A stretch of 64,000 nt of DNA, taken from positions 35,796-99,795 of IMG/VR virus record IMGVR_UViG_3300042991_000159; one strand, 5' to 3'. The notes beneath the pieces were generated by a model that searched no databases, had not been told where the DNA came from, and was given only the letters and a program-made list of their open reading frames with translations. Origin of the DNA: a virus. Below are positions 10,301-20,618 of the stretch, in pieces (the stretch's first letter is position 1; each line of letters starts with the position of its first letter). The position numbers and the translations under genes are program-made.

Positions 10301-11604
10301 TCATAATCAGGATGTGTAGATTGATAAACATCAGCAGCATCATAGTATTCCCAATCTCCTTTAGCAGCAGTACCACCTGCTCCTAATCTTGTGATTGCGG
10401 CTCCATATATCAAAAAATAAGAATCATCTTCCTGATATACACGTGAGATGTTTCTACGGGTTGATAGTTCATTATAGTTAGGCTCAGTGCTTGTAGCATT
10501 TGCTCCACCAAAACGGTAAGCTCTTGCATCAAAATCTACGTTGAAATATTCTTCAACTATGTTTGATGGGAAAAGTATATTATCTTTTGTTTCAAGGAGT
10601 CCTGCTGAAAACAAAATAGTTCCTACCGTTCTAATATCTTCCAGAATTAAACTACCAAGACTTAATCCTGTATCTATAAAGATAATAGTTTCTATATTAC
10701 CACTGATTTCACGTTCATCGAAAATCCTTATCTCTGGATCATTATTGCTTGTTGTATAATGAATTGCAACAATACGTAGTCGAGTATATCCTGTAGAGTT
10801 AATATCAATAGTTCCCTTTACTGCTTTTCCGGTATCTTCGTCAAGTTCTGAACCACGATAGTTCTCCGAGGTAGTATCAACTTCAGAATAATTTACAAGA
10901 TTTATTAATCCGCTTGTAGGAGAGAATACAGTTTCTGCTCCATGCAACGAATAGAGTTGATAAACGTATTGAATTTTTCCAGCTTTAAGATTACCATTAA
11001 CAAGTTCTGTTATAACAGGTGCGGTCATTTCGATATTACCAACTACTTCAAGTTTGTCAACAGACATACTGGTAAGATCATTAGTATCAGCATTATATAC
11101 TGTATTGAGATGTCTAAGTCTATTATACCCGTCAACCCAATACACCTTTTGAACAATAGAACTTTCGTATCTAGCAATACTACTAATAAGATTTCCGGTA
11201 CATAACTCAAGATTACCTTCGTATAACAGATTTCCTCCAAGATGATAATAAGTTTCAGTAAGATTGAGAATACTCGCTAAAGTAAGGGATTCAATATCAT
11301 CAATATCAACTTTCCAAATACGATCTACAGAAGTTAGATTTGGTATAGCAGTATTGTTATCAGTAGTCCAAAGCACTAAATGATCATTCATCACTACATG
11401 ACCACAAATGTAATTGTTAGTTGATCCACTATCAGTATCTAAACGTTGTTGTGTTCCTCTTAAATTCTCTTGAGCACCACCACTTAAACCTTCCTGAGTC
11501 ACAATTCTCATATTACGTGCATCAAAATAATGTACGTTATCGTATTTTTTGATAGAAGAATCTCTATCCATTCCTTGTGAAAAGGTATTCGTTATTGTAG
11601 CCAT
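7378..11604 (-). CDS. Tail muzzle / tail stabilisation protein (1408 aa)
   Basis: N-terminal NTFSQGMDRD...YFDARNMRI, GYHRDEIYRFGVVFFDEKG and VFGGDTYIGMFDY motifs typical of crAss-like muzzle proteins; size and position fit. Confidence 0.85.
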   Translation of the reverse strand: MATITNTFSQGMDRDSSIKKYDNVHYFDARNMRIVTQEGLSGGAQENLRGTQQRLDTDSGSTNNYICGHVVMNDHLVLWTTDNNTAIPNLTSVDRIWKVDIDDIESLTLASILNLTETYYHLGGNLLYEGNLELCTGNLISSIARYESSIVQKVYWVDGYNRLRHLNTVYNADTNDLTSMSVDKLEVVGNIEMTAPVITELVNGNLKAGKIQYVYQLYSLHGAETVFSPTSGLINLVNYSEVDTTSENYRGSELDEDTGKAVKGTIDINSTGYTRLRIVAIHYTTSNNDPEIRIFDEREISGNIETIIFIDTGLSLGSLILEDIRTVGTILFSAGLLETKDNILFPSNIVEEYFNVDFDARAYRFGGANATSTEPNYNELSTRRNISRVYQEDDSYFLIYGAAITRLGAGGTAAKGDWEYYDAADVYQSTHPDYDQSGYGTAWSIPEDADAINKFNDLDNDGNHEYRYMYQADGIVPGGEGPNVSYKFKIKETTIDEFTGIPQELYTVPEGTVDNPSYEGYASPYNVVNYLGYHRDEIYRFGVVFFDEKGRASFVKWIADIRMPSISTISDVDMYNLTGGSGGVNQEGTIYINYEGPYNDYRIQIRGSDGNIYTFSYDNSITDFDRTMVGNIIRNMIAGHPIVGNDVTQSANVGGLWTIKWDKNPGSYYVNDYGGTYINYTETFAYTPGTAASADHTIAWYDSNVTKGNILHLQFELSNLPSEAESYQIVRVKRESADRTVMAQGIVGPTQTVSGYPRSVNWTIGSSTLDIHTFASPEVAFNKNLTQRSSDRLQEVGEFSTNVAVDTYLTDLILYRYYAVNAMNNPQLPETPGGAGSAAGDENDITSKTTIYDGKIVTQEQVEAIIGTNIFYVNNPTDHTDKGISFVFGADNTSWRSKNTAYDSARKLINYRRNSFSTIYGGLTFNNRKQNTYMVASDIQDIANTSILVFGGDTYIGMFDYLYSSWEQDSATSTQPEVIYFPVETSINLPLRLDNCYHRIFTTSDLIHESAGIWSNGIADDLVQPNDLYRYNTVYSKENDTKIFIQAPFDFVSQLEYPVRTYASDIKTTNELSDSWLNFRVNSYKDVDPQWGEITKLITVNEKLLFFQPRAFGILSVNERALLQTTQISQLSLGTSGVLDRFDYAKTNVGASDKRHVLLTANGLYWIDAINKALYKYTGGPEEVSIMKGMDSYFRSAITTPTHLQLFNDPEFNEIWVNNNVNNWSLVYNELTDAFTGFFDYYPSYVINYRDKVLGSRDHINFFKHNDVYANRGYLYGSYVDSSITLLINPQTDVAIFNNLAWLSELYAPNGTEVDSTFTRFKAWNTYQGTLAAGIALTPNVNVKRRMRKWRYAIPRARYEPDGATAKLRRDSRFRDTHLFIKLTYTNDVNDRRFVAHDIITSYTPSNK

Positions 11605-12341
11605 TATAGACCTGCGTTATTATGTAGGATTAATCTTTCTTTCTCCATAGAGTAAATAAATGAAGCATCATGGAAATCAGTGTGGATTTTAAGTCTAAGG
11701 TATCTATTCTTAATTGATTCCATTTGATCTAGAGATGGGATTTGTGCTTTACTTTGAGCTGCACCTACATACCACATCCTTTCCTGTTCAAGTTTACTAT
11801 ACTTCTGTTGCGGTAATTTTTCCTGCATCCAGAGTCTGAATCCAATTCGTTCGGCAATATATGCCTGAGTTGCCATTACGAATTTTATATCATCCGGAAT
11901 CAAAGGCATACCTAAAGCGTTTGTGGGGAATGCTTGATAATGGAGTTCTACTTCACCTTCCTCGAAAGAGGTGAATATATAGCTGTCGTTGAGAGTGTAA
12001 GTGTATTGCGATTCTCGAACATATAATTGTTCGGTGTCCTTTACGTAAGTACTTGACTTACAAAGCATCGGCATCTTGGTTTCATAATCTCTCGCAAAAC
12101 TGACAGCATGAAGATCAGAAGGTAGCGTTCCTCGGTAGTTACTGATGGTTATTGGTTCAGGCATACCTTCACTTCCATCTGTAACTTTGTCCACAAAAGA
12201 TTGTGGAGCACCAATCAAGGACATAACATCCCAAATCCATTCAATTACTTCATCATATTTGATCTCAAGATCGAACCCGTAATCCCTATAGACACGTTCG
12301 ATTATAAAACTTACATCAACATATTTTCCTGTTAGACTCAT
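11604..12341 (-). CDS. Tail ring / tail tubular protein
   Basis: 245 aa; YIFTSFEEGEVELHYQAFPTNALGMPLIPD motif; directly upstream of the muzzle gene. Confidence 0.8.
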   Translation of the reverse strand: MSLTGKYVDVSFIIERVYRDYGFDLEIKYDEVIEWIWDVMSLIGAPQSFVDKVTDGSEGMPEPITISNYRGTLPSDLHAVSFARDYETKMPMLCKSSTYVKDTEQLYVRESQYTYTLNDSYIFTSFEEGEVELHYQAFPTNALGMPLIPDDIKFVMATQAYIAERIGFRLWMQEKLPQQKYSKLEQERMWYVGAAQSKAQIPSLDQMESIKNRYLRLKIHTDFHDASFIYSMEKERLILHNNAGL

Positions 12342-12351
12342 GTTTTAATAA

Positions 12352-12678
12352 TTAGAATGATGGTTTGTCTATCCAACTAAACATCTTTGCGTCTTTAGTT
12401 GTAAGTTCTCCTTCTTCTTTTTCATCTCCTCCTTCTTTGAAAGGATTGGTAAGACTGACTTTTTCTTCTCTTTCACTAATGTATTCTCCGGATTCTTTCC
12501 CCTCTTCATCTCTGGGAGTACCGTATTTCTCTTCGACAATTATATATCCACCCTCAACTTTTTTTACTTCAACACTATGATGAATACCTTTCTTATCCCA
12601 AGATTTACGAAAAGTTACAGTTTCTTTACCTTCTTTGTCAATCTCCTTACTGACATTGGTTCTAGTTTTTTCGCTCAT
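12352..12678 (-). CDS. Hypothetical charged protein
   Basis: 108 aa, overlaps the upstream gene, in operon. Confidence 0.6.
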   Translation of the reverse strand: MSEKTRTNVSKEIDKEGKETVTFRKSWDKKGIHHSVEVKKVEGGYIIVEEKYGTPRDEEGKESGEYISEREEKVSLTNPFKEGGDEKEEGELTTKDAKMFSWIDKPSF

Positions 12679-13195
12679 AATTCTGATACTTTAGTTTTTG
12701 TTCATAATAATCTACATCTAAATTTTCATTAAAAATCGCCTCTGACAATTTTCTTTTATTTGCTCTGCTCATGGTGAGAGAATATGCAGTTTGATTAGGA
12801 ATCCCACAAGTACTCTTATCCCAAAACCATTTACAGTTGTAACCACCAAAATGTTTATTTAAGTGGAAAACCAACCTTTTTTCTTTCTTAGCACTCTCGT
12901 CCCTTTCCCAGAGTTCTTTAGTCGATTTCCAATCTGGTCGCAAATATCTTTTATCAATACTTCCATCCGGATTCATCTTCACCTTTATCTTTTGTTTCCT
13001 AATGCCTACAGAACCCAATCTGAAGGGCATGGTGAAGTCTTTTCCCTCTTCGACGATACCTTGTGTCACTTTACCTATAAAGTCTGTCCAAACGTCTCTA
13101 AAGAGCTTAAACGGGACAGGATTATCAGAGTATGATTTATAAAATTTATATGCATCTCTAATACCAAACTTATTTGAGTGTATCGTCTCCATCAT
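12662..13195 (-). CDS. IHF/HU-like DNA-binding protein (crAss-like IHF gene of the tail module)
   Basis: IVEEGKDFTMPFRLGSVGIRK is an HU-like beta-arm, followed by PDWKSTKELW...VFHLNKHFGGY; conserved position between ring genes. Confidence 0.75.
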   Translation of the reverse strand: MMETIHSNKFGIRDAYKFYKSYSDNPVPFKLFRDVWTDFIGKVTQGIVEEGKDFTMPFRLGSVGIRKQKIKVKMNPDGSIDKRYLRPDWKSTKELWERDESAKKEKRLVFHLNKHFGGYNCKWFWDKSTCGIPNQTAYSLTMSRANKRKLSEAIFNENLDVDYYEQKLKYQNYERKN

Positions 13196-13874
13196 TTATT
13201 TTATCACTTGGAGCTTGTGCTTCCATTCCAAGTTTTTCCTTTAAGATTATATTTTCAATATCTTCTTTCATTGATCTGCTTATCGGATAAGCTCTATCAT
13301 CAGAATAAAGAGAATCACCGTTATTATCTAAAAAAGTAGCAACCTGAGAAGGATTCTGAAATACTCCTAGTATATCAATAAATTGAACAGCCTTATGATA
13401 TGATCCACTATTGCTAATCAAATATATTTTGTTATCTCTAAGAAAGGCAAAAATGCGATCCTTATTAAATCTCCCGTTTCCTGAATATAGTGCCCTATCG
13501 TAACTAACTAAGTTATAAGGTGTTGCAAGTTTATCAGCAGGTCCAATACGTATGAAAGTTCCTTCATAATTTGTTCTGTCAATCGTAGGAGGAATTTCAC
13601 GTACTGTTCTGTACATATAACGACCAGCTTTTATAGTCGAATGAGCAGATGCATCTACCGCTTCAATTTCAAGAGCACCTAAAGATTGAGTATATACATC
13701 ATCAATTACTCTTAAGTTCTTATCAAATTTCTGTTTTAATAATCTTGCACGAGTGCTATGAATCAAATCTTTGATATGGTCTAACGAAATATCGTCGTCG
13801 TCAGTGAGTTTCCCCCTGACGACTTCGAATATTCCGTATGCAATTTGGTTAAGTGTTACGTTGTGTAATTCCAT
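13170..13874 (-). CDS. Tail ring protein
   Basis: 234 aa; TLNQIAYGI...DDDDIS...TRARLLKQ...GVFQNP...YPIS motifs of crAss-like ring proteins. Confidence 0.75.
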   Translation of the reverse strand: MELHNVTLNQIAYGIFEVVRGKLTDDDDISLDHIKDLIHSTRARLLKQKFDKNLRVIDDVYTQSLGALEIEAVDASAHSTIKAGRYMYRTVREIPPTIDRTNYEGTFIRIGPADKLATPYNLVSYDRALYSGNGRFNKDRIFAFLRDNKIYLISNSGSYHKAVQFIDILGVFQNPSQVATFLDNNGDSLYSDDRAYPISRSMKEDIENIILKEKLGMEAQAPSDKINDGDDTLK

Positions 13875-14183
13875 TTATTTTTCTTTAAACTTTTTATAAA
13901 GAGTATATTGAGCAAAAGTTAATTCCTCTTTTTCATTTAGTTTATCTAAAGCGGCAACTAATAAATCTTTTTGGACTTTTGTAAACTTAAAAGGAATTGG
14001 TTTTGCACCTTCAGCATTCCAACGAATGTTGTTACTTTCTTGTTTAATTTCAAACTTTATGATCTCTTCTTCACTAGGATAAAGTACACTCCTAAGAGCC
14101 TCGATAGTTTTCATCGTTTCAAAATTTCCTTTTTCAGGAAGTAAATTTACAGCAGTTAGCCTTTCTTGAACATTTAGTTCCAT
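13875..14183 (-). CDS. Hypothetical protein (possible fibre assembly chaperone)
   Basis: 102 aa, helical; AAAAGGAGAATT upstream of the ATG. Confidence 0.6.
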   Translation of the reverse strand: MELNVQERLTAVNLLPEKGNFETMKTIEALRSVLYPSEEEIIKFEIKQESNNIRWNAEGAKPIPFKFTKVQKDLLVAALDKLNEKEELTFAQYTLYKKFKEK

Positions 14184-14199
14184 AATTCTCCTTTTTTAA

Positions 14200-14481
14200 T
14201 TAAAACTTAATCATATAATTAGTACCACAAATATTATTAATATGTTGTGCTACATCTCTTGCTTCTTCGGTAGTGAAGAAGTTTACGTTTTCGTAATCAT
14301 CTGTATCGAAATAATCAACCAGTATTCTTACGAGATATTTTAAAATACGAAATTTCATTTCATAACAAAGCAAATCAGTTCTTCCAAGTCGCTGTGCATT
14401 AGCGAGATTGCTTCCATAATCAACGAACACACTTCTAATGTTATACAGGAAAGCGTTGATTTCTTCAGTTGTTGCAGCCAT
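14200..14481 (-). CDS. Small structural protein, possibly tail hub subunit
   Basis: 93 aa, helical, C-terminal INNICG; just upstream of a ring gene, as for crAss-like hub genes (inference). Confidence 0.5.
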   Translation of the reverse strand: MAATTEEINAFLYNIRSVFVDYGSNLANAQRLGRTDLLCYEMKFRILKYLVRILVDYFDTDDYENVNFFTTEEARDVAQHINNICGTNYMIKF

Positions 14482-14547
14482 AGATATTCAAATTATTAGT
14501 AAAATTAGTAAAATTATTCGATATAATTATAATTAGATTCATAAAGA

Positions 14548-14823
14548 CTAACTATTAGATTCAAATAATGTATCAGGTAATACTGAAGTATCAACAGCTA
14601 AAGCTAAAGCTATAACCTTTTTGAAAAACGCTTTAATTATAGTAAGGTTAGTAGTGGAAGCGTTTGCGATCTCTTCAGTTAAATCGACTGATACTGTTAT
14701 CACTTTATCAGTACTTCCCATAATATTAATGGTCACAAGAGCTGTTTTTTCTTCTATTAAAAAAGTCACTTCTTTTATGAGATGAGATTCTTCTACTTGT
14801 GGGATTATCTTATTTATTATCAT
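14548..14823 (-). CDS. Hypothetical protein following tail fibre
   Basis: 91 aa; 4-nt ATGA overlap with the fibre gene. Confidence 0.55.
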   Translation of the reverse strand: MIINKIIPQVEESHLIKEVTFLIEEKTALVTINIMGSTDKVITVSVDLTEEIANASTTNLTIIKAFFKKVIALALAVDTSVLPDTLFESNS

Positions 14824-17800
14824 TTTGTTAAATTTTTAATTATGCTTTTAAGTTCTCTTATTTCTTTTTTCAATTTATTGATCTCAAAATTATGATCTTT
14901 TACTCCTTCTACAAGTAAAGCGCAAACAGCACGATCGTCAATGTTATAATAACCTGTATCTGCTATTTCCATAACTGCTTCAGGAAGAACTTCCATTAAA
15001 TCTTGTGCTATAACAGATGCTCTCCTTCCGATCATTGATTGACCTGTAATACGACTTCCAAGTTCATTATATTGATATGTAATACCCTTTAATCCGAGTA
15101 ATCTACCCATTGGATTAAGAATGGGTTGAATATCATTTTTAAACCTGATATCAGATGATTCTGCTACTACTCCTATTTCTTCCCATGAATTATTATTAGT
15201 AACCAATCTATACGATTTTGAATTCGGAGATTTTGCCGCCATAGCTAATACAGAAGCATAAAGACCTGAATAATAATAAGAACTTGATCCAAGCGATAAT
15301 CCGCTTGCTGTATTTGGTCTTAGATATGTTCCATCAAGATATAATTCAGCTGTCCCTGCAACATAAAATATATGTCTTGTACTTGCAAGACTCCATCCAG
15401 ACCTGTATGTTGCAGTAGAATCATATATTCCAAATAACATTTCCCCGGCATTGTTGCTACCAAATCTATTAATGTTTATTTGGGCAATACGTTTATCGGT
15501 ATAAGAAGAAGCTTCGTTATGAAACGAAAATCCAGTAACCCATGTATCTGTTGTCTGATTCCCTCCCATCTCTATAGAGGTATTGGTAGCTGTTCCTGTT
15601 TTTGCAAGTGTTATAGTTCCTTCAAATGATGAAATATATTGAGTTGTTTTGTCTCCTATTATTAAATAGCTTCCAGTAACTAATACATTTTGTGCAGCTG
15701 TTACCTGTATAGCTTCAGTAAGTGTACCTGAAGTATTAGCTGTATAAAATCTAAGTTTACCAGCATCATTATCTCCATCTCTTTCTGCTCTTATTAGTGC
15801 TATTCTTTCATTAGTTACAGCTGATGCTGTATTACAAAAACTTACATCAGCAACAGCAAGTGCATCACTTGTGTTATTCCCGACTATTATAATTCCTGCC
15901 GATTCAGAAGTTCCCGTAGCTGCTACCTGTATATAATTAGTAACTGTATTGGCTATTAAACTCCCCGTATCACCTACTCGCAGATTATCGGAAACATACA
16001 TTACAGTCCCATCAAAAGAACAATTTGCTTCTGCATTAAGAGCGTCTGTTGTTGCTGTTGCTGTAACAATCCTGTTGTTTGCTTGGTTCGCTACAGAAAC
16101 ACCACCTCCTCCGCTTGCTTCGATAACATTCCCAGAAGCATCAACCGCCAGATAATATGCTACTGTTCCTGTATATGTACCAACTCCATATTGAACTAAA
16201 TCCAGATCACCATATAATGCGTTCCCTGTTGCAGTAGTGGCAAGCATTCCTGTATTATTATAATACAATGTTGTAGCCCCATTTGCAACTGCTGAAATAA
16301 AAGCATCTGACACATTTACATACATTGTAAATGTACCAGTTGTGTATGCTTGTAACGATGAACTACCAAGATATACAGCTGTTCCTCCTGTGTTTATTCC
16401 TAAATCTGTTCCGTTATAAGTGAGTCCATTATTTCCTTCAATGGTAGAACCGTCTGTCCATACGGCAACATAATTATTAGCAGGAGTACCTGATATCTGA
16501 ACACCACCAGATGTACCATATGTAAGTAATCCAGTAGTAGTATTGTAATAAACTACGTTAGTTTCTGATCCTTTAGCTAATAATGCTCCGGCTCCTCCTG
16601 TACCAAAATAAAGTTGACCAACAGTAGAACCAACAGATGTTCCACCATAAAAATAAATATTACCTCCTCTTCCACCACCTACTCCTACTGATGCTCCTGA
16701 ACCAAATGTTAAATCTCCTCCTGTATGCGCTGGATTTGTACTTGATGTAGCTCCACTTGTAAATGTAACGTGTAATCCAGATGCTGATGTAACAGAATTT
16801 ACATTAGTATAAAAATAACTACCATCATTAACGAATGAAAATCCAGCAGTAAAACCAGTAGCATATATACCCAATGAAGATATAAAGTTAGTTGAAGTGT
16901 TATTAAACCTTAATCTTTCAACTGAATTTTGATAATATGAAAGATAATCACCTGCATTATATGCAAAATAATTTGTAGCATCTGAAAATTGTAATTGTTC
17001 ACCTACTGCAAGTCTTACATCATCTCCAGAAACTGATGGGGAAATAACATTAGAAGTTACTGTCCAAGGAGATGCTCCTGAAGTACTGGTACTTAAAGAA
17101 GTCCAACCACCATTTATATAAGCTCTAAACTGATGATCAGTAGAATCATAAGCAATGGTTCCATTTACTACAGTAGTAAGATTTGTATCCGGATCAGTAT
17201 CACTCATTATTCTTACTCCCATAAGAAGTCCTGCATGAAGTACCGTAGTACCTCCAAACATTACCTTAAATGAGTTAGCGTTTGCATTTGTGGGAGTGCT
17301 TCCATACCCCATTATAATTGAACCTCCACCAGTAGCTACACAATCATATCCATAAGCTGCTGCTCCTGCTGCTGAAGATAGAGCTTGTGCTCCTATTGCT
17401 ACTGTATTGGCTGCTGTTGGTCTTGCCCAATATCCCACACCAGTAGAATAATCTCCAGTAGCTGTTGTGCTTGTACCTATTCCTACGCTACTATTCCCGG
17501 CAGCAGTACCACTTCTTCCTATACTCATAGCGTGATGTCCCATACTTGCTGTTGAAAAGTTTCCTTGCATTTTAATTATAGGAGCCAATACACCGGCAGA
17601 AACAGATTGTATTTGAAATAAAGAATCTTCACTTCCCGGTGCAGAAACATCTACTAATACGTGCTCTATTCTTACTACTTCATAAGAACCTGAATCATCC
17701 TCCACAGAAAGAGTTATGTATCCTCCTATTCCATCACCAGCTGTACCTGAAGTGGTTCTTCTAAATTCTGCTATCTCAATCGAGGTATTAGTTGAGGCAT

Positions 17801-18596
17801 CATCTATAATATAAGGGAAAAGTGAAAGAGAAGCAGAAAGGCTGGCCACCGATCTCTTAGTTACTAATCCAGTTGAATCATCAATAGCCAATATATGATC
17901 TTCTGCATCATCTGAACCCAAAGCAGGAATATAAACAACCCCGGTTTCTCTAATATCAAATGTAAGTGTATTAGTTGCATTTGCTACTCTTACTGTACTT
18001 GTAAGATTACTGTTAGTATCTCTAATAGATAAAAAAGTAGTACCGGAAGAATAGTCTCCTATTACTACAATTGGGGATGTTGCAGAAGAAGATAAAAATA
18101 AAATATTAGGAGATGTAATATGACCATTATTAGAAGAGGTTGTAGTTAAATTAAGACCTAATATAGAATTATACTGTAGTCTAAGTTCTCCTGTATCAGT
18201 AGCACCACCATTAATTGTTAAACAATGATCCGTACTATCCCATACTAAATTGGCGTCTGATTGAATATCTCCTGAAGCAGAACCAAAAACAAGATATTGA
18301 TTAGTTGCTGTTCCCCAAGATACATCTCCATAACCTAATCCAGCAAGATAATCAACTACTGCACCCGAAGTTGGAATATGAGTATCGTCATCTGTAATAG
18401 TAGTTTCAATAGTATCTACGAATGCACCCGAAGTAAGTGCCATTCCACTCGAAGTAAGTGTCATGACATTTACCGAGTTTGCGTATATATCAAGAGTTCC
18501 TGCGGAAGTTTCTGTTATATACGATGTTGTACTTGCAAAAATTAAATTGCACGCAGCATTCGTAAGTTGAATACTTGATTCTATAGGAATTGCCAT
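14820..18596 (-). CDS. Long tail fibre with C-terminal intramolecular chaperone (peptidase S74) domain
   Basis: 1258 aa, G/S/T-rich; YadA-like head repeats (AAGNSSVGIG, ATGDYSTGVG, AANTVAIG); autocleavage motif SSDIRFKNDI followed by a terminal coiled coil. Confidence 0.85.
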   Translation of the reverse strand: MAIPIESSIQLTNAACNLIFASTTSYITETSAGTLDIYANSVNVMTLTSSGMALTSGAFVDTIETTITDDDTHIPTSGAVVDYLAGLGYGDVSWGTATNQYLVFGSASGDIQSDANLVWDSTDHCLTINGGATDTGELRLQYNSILGLNLTTTSSNNGHITSPNILFLSSSATSPIVVIGDYSSGTTFLSIRDTNSNLTSTVRVANATNTLTFDIRETGVVYIPALGSDDAEDHILAIDDSTGLVTKRSVASLSASLSLFPYIIDDASTNTSIEIAEFRRTTSGTAGDGIGGYITLSVEDDSGSYEVVRIEHVLVDVSAPGSEDSLFQIQSVSAGVLAPIIKMQGNFSTASMGHHAMSIGRSGTAAGNSSVGIGTSTTATGDYSTGVGYWARPTAANTVAIGAQALSSAAGAAAYGYDCVATGGGSIIMGYGSTPTNANANSFKVMFGGTTVLHAGLLMGVRIMSDTDPDTNLTTVVNGTIAYDSTDHQFRAYINGGWTSLSTSTSGASPWTVTSNVISPSVSGDDVRLAVGEQLQFSDATNYFAYNAGDYLSYYQNSVERLRFNNTSTNFISSLGIYATGFTAGFSFVNDGSYFYTNVNSVTSASGLHVTFTSGATSSTNPAHTGGDLTFGSGASVGVGGGRGGNIYFYGGTSVGSTVGQLYFGTGGAGALLAKGSETNVVYYNTTTGLLTYGTSGGVQISGTPANNYVAVWTDGSTIEGNNGLTYNGTDLGINTGGTAVYLGSSSLQAYTTGTFTMYVNVSDAFISAVANGATTLYYNNTGMLATTATGNALYGDLDLVQYGVGTYTGTVAYYLAVDASGNVIEASGGGGVSVANQANNRIVTATATTDALNAEANCSFDGTVMYVSDNLRVGDTGSLIANTVTNYIQVAATGTSESAGIIIVGNNTSDALAVADVSFCNTASAVTNERIALIRAERDGDNDAGKLRFYTANTSGTLTEAIQVTAAQNVLVTGSYLIIGDKTTQYISSFEGTITLAKTGTATNTSIEMGGNQTTDTWVTGFSFHNEASSYTDKRIAQININRFGSNNAGEMLFGIYDSTATYRSGWSLASTRHIFYVAGTAELYLDGTYLRPNTASGLSLGSSSYYYSGLYASVLAMAAKSPNSKSYRLVTNNNSWEEIGVVAESSDIRFKNDIQPILNPMGRLLGLKGITYQYNELGSRITGQSMIGRRASVIAQDLMEVLPEAVMEIADTGYYNIDDRAVCALLVEGVKDHNFEINKLKKEIRELKSIIKNLTK

Positions 18597-18602
18597 ATGT
18601 TC

Positions 18603-20606
18603 TTATTCTTGTATAGCTGCTACTATATATCTGAAAGTTCCGATACTTGGATTCAGTGCTGCTGCACCAAACGAAACTGTTACAGTATCAAGAGTAGCTG
18701 CTGTTATTTCAACTGCAACTTGTTTATTATCTGATTGTCTCCATATTTGAACAATCACATCGGTTATTTCAGTTAGATTAAAGTTGTGAGTAATTGTTGG
18801 AGATGCACCTAAGCCAAGATCACCTGCTGCAATTTTAGCATATCCTGCTGTATTTAAGGTTGCTTCTAACGCTGTAGAGAGTTGTGCAAAGGTAATCTTT
18901 CTATTTGCAGCAGCAGTAACATCATAAAAAGGAATTGTATCAGTAGATGCGATTGCAGATTCCCCTGTAAGTTCATTAATGTCAAGATCAATAGTAGCAG
19001 AAGAAGCAATGTTAGTTCCACCAGTACTATATGACAAACCAGAACCTGCTGTAATAGTTACGCTTGTGTGATTAATGTGTTCATTAGCAACGAAATCTGA
19101 GAAACCATTATGGAATGCTCCACCAGCATATGCAACAACACCAACACCGCCAACAGTAGTCGCTGCATTAAGATTAAACGTAGGAGTTGTACCAGCAGTC
19201 AGTGTAGCAAAAGTTGTATAAGAAACACCGTCTGTATCATACGCTTGAAACAATAATGTATTTGTAGCAACCAAAGATGTTCGAATAGCTCCACCTGCTG
19301 CAAGAACTACGTTACTTGACCAAGACACATCAGTACCATTAGAAGTTAAAACAGTTCCAGCACCACCAATCACAAGTTCATCCCACAATGGAGTCGAATT
19401 ACCATAGATAAGAGAACCACGAGATACAGCTTGTGTAACGGTATCAGGGTGTTCACTTCCGTTAAGCAAATTATGATTACCAATACCTGAAGAGGGAGTA
19501 AACGCTTCCCAAGCGGTTCCACCCGCATTAAGTCTAATACTCTGACCATTACCAACTTGTAAAGCTACAAGTGTATCAGCAGCATTAGCTACAAGAATAC
19601 TATCTTCTGTAATTGTATTCGGTATTGTCAATGTACTCCATGCAGGAGCAGTTGCACTACCTGCTGATCTCAAGAATGAACCTGCTGGAACAGCAGCCAA
19701 TCTTGATAGAGCACTTGTTGTACTTGCATAAAGTAAATCACCAATAGCGTATGTTCCTTGTCCTGTACCACCTCTACTAGCAGCTAATGTACCTGACCAT
19801 CCAAGAGTTAGAGAAGTAGCCTGTAAAAGAGCACTTGCAGGAGTTCCACCCAACGTAAGAGTTACGTTTGTATCATCTGTCTTAGTTAAAGCTGATGCAG
19901 TATATAAGTTGTTGTTGAAGTTTGAAAGACTGTACGTAGCTGGATTAATAAATTCAAGAGCATTAGGCGAAGAATTTACCATAACCATATATCCACCTGC
20001 TCCTGTATAAACAGAAGGTGTATCACCAAGCTCAAGGAAAGTCTCGTTCCATTCTCTCGCTACAATAGTCCATTCAGCAAGTGTTGTAGGAGCATCGTTC
20101 TCAGCAATCAAAACATCTCCAATAGCAAGAACATCTGTAAAAAAAGTACCTGCTACTGTAACAGTGTACATATATCCTTTAAGAACACCTGTACCTGCTT
20201 CAAGATCGGGAGTATTAGTTGAAGCGTTATACCCACCTTGATAATTTACACCACCAGAGATAGCAGATGCAATCGCTTCACGAATACCTTGTTCTGTAAC
20301 AACAGATGTATCATCTCCTGTTACTCCAACAGTTGTCTTAAGTTGAAGACCTGTTGATAGTTTATTACCAATAGTACCACTCCATTGAGGGATATAAGTA
20401 TTGGTTGTAGTAGCTGGACCTTGCACCAAAGAGTTCCAAAGACTATCATTGTTATTATAGACCTTTAGATCATAGGTTGAGCTATCCCACCACATCATAC
20501 CACCTAAACCTGATGCGTTAGTAGGAGCTGATCCCGAACTATGAGTAACGAAATTCAGAATCTGAAAATCGTTCATGTCTATTGATTGTACGTAGGGAAT
20601 TGCCAT
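18603..20606 (-). CDS. Tail fibre / fibre-like structural protein (667 aa)
   Basis: G/T/A-rich; YQGGYNASTNTP, GTLAASRGGTG, GDLLYAS and TITHNFN motifs common in phage fibres. Confidence 0.75.
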   Translation of the reverse strand: MAIPYVQSIDMNDFQILNFVTHSSGSAPTNASGLGGMMWWDSSTYDLKVYNNNDSLWNSLVQGPATTTNTYIPQWSGTIGNKLSTGLQLKTTVGVTGDDTSVVTEQGIREAIASAISGGVNYQGGYNASTNTPDLEAGTGVLKGYMYTVTVAGTFFTDVLAIGDVLIAENDAPTTLAEWTIVAREWNETFLELGDTPSVYTGAGGYMVMVNSSPNALEFINPATYSLSNFNNNLYTASALTKTDDTNVTLTLGGTPASALLQATSLTLGWSGTLAASRGGTGQGTYAIGDLLYASTTSALSRLAAVPAGSFLRSAGSATAPAWSTLTIPNTITEDSILVANAADTLVALQVGNGQSIRLNAGGTAWEAFTPSSGIGNHNLLNGSEHPDTVTQAVSRGSLIYGNSTPLWDELVIGGAGTVLTSNGTDVSWSSNVVLAAGGAIRTSLVATNTLLFQAYDTDGVSYTTFATLTAGTTPTFNLNAATTVGGVGVVAYAGGAFHNGFSDFVANEHINHTSVTITAGSGLSYSTGGTNIASSATIDLDINELTGESAIASTDTIPFYDVTAAANRKITFAQLSTALEATLNTAGYAKIAAGDLGLGASPTITHNFNLTEITDVIVQIWRQSDNKQVAVEITAATLDTVTVSFGAAALNPSIGTFRYIVAAIQE

Positions 20607-20618
20607 TTTCTTGTTTGT

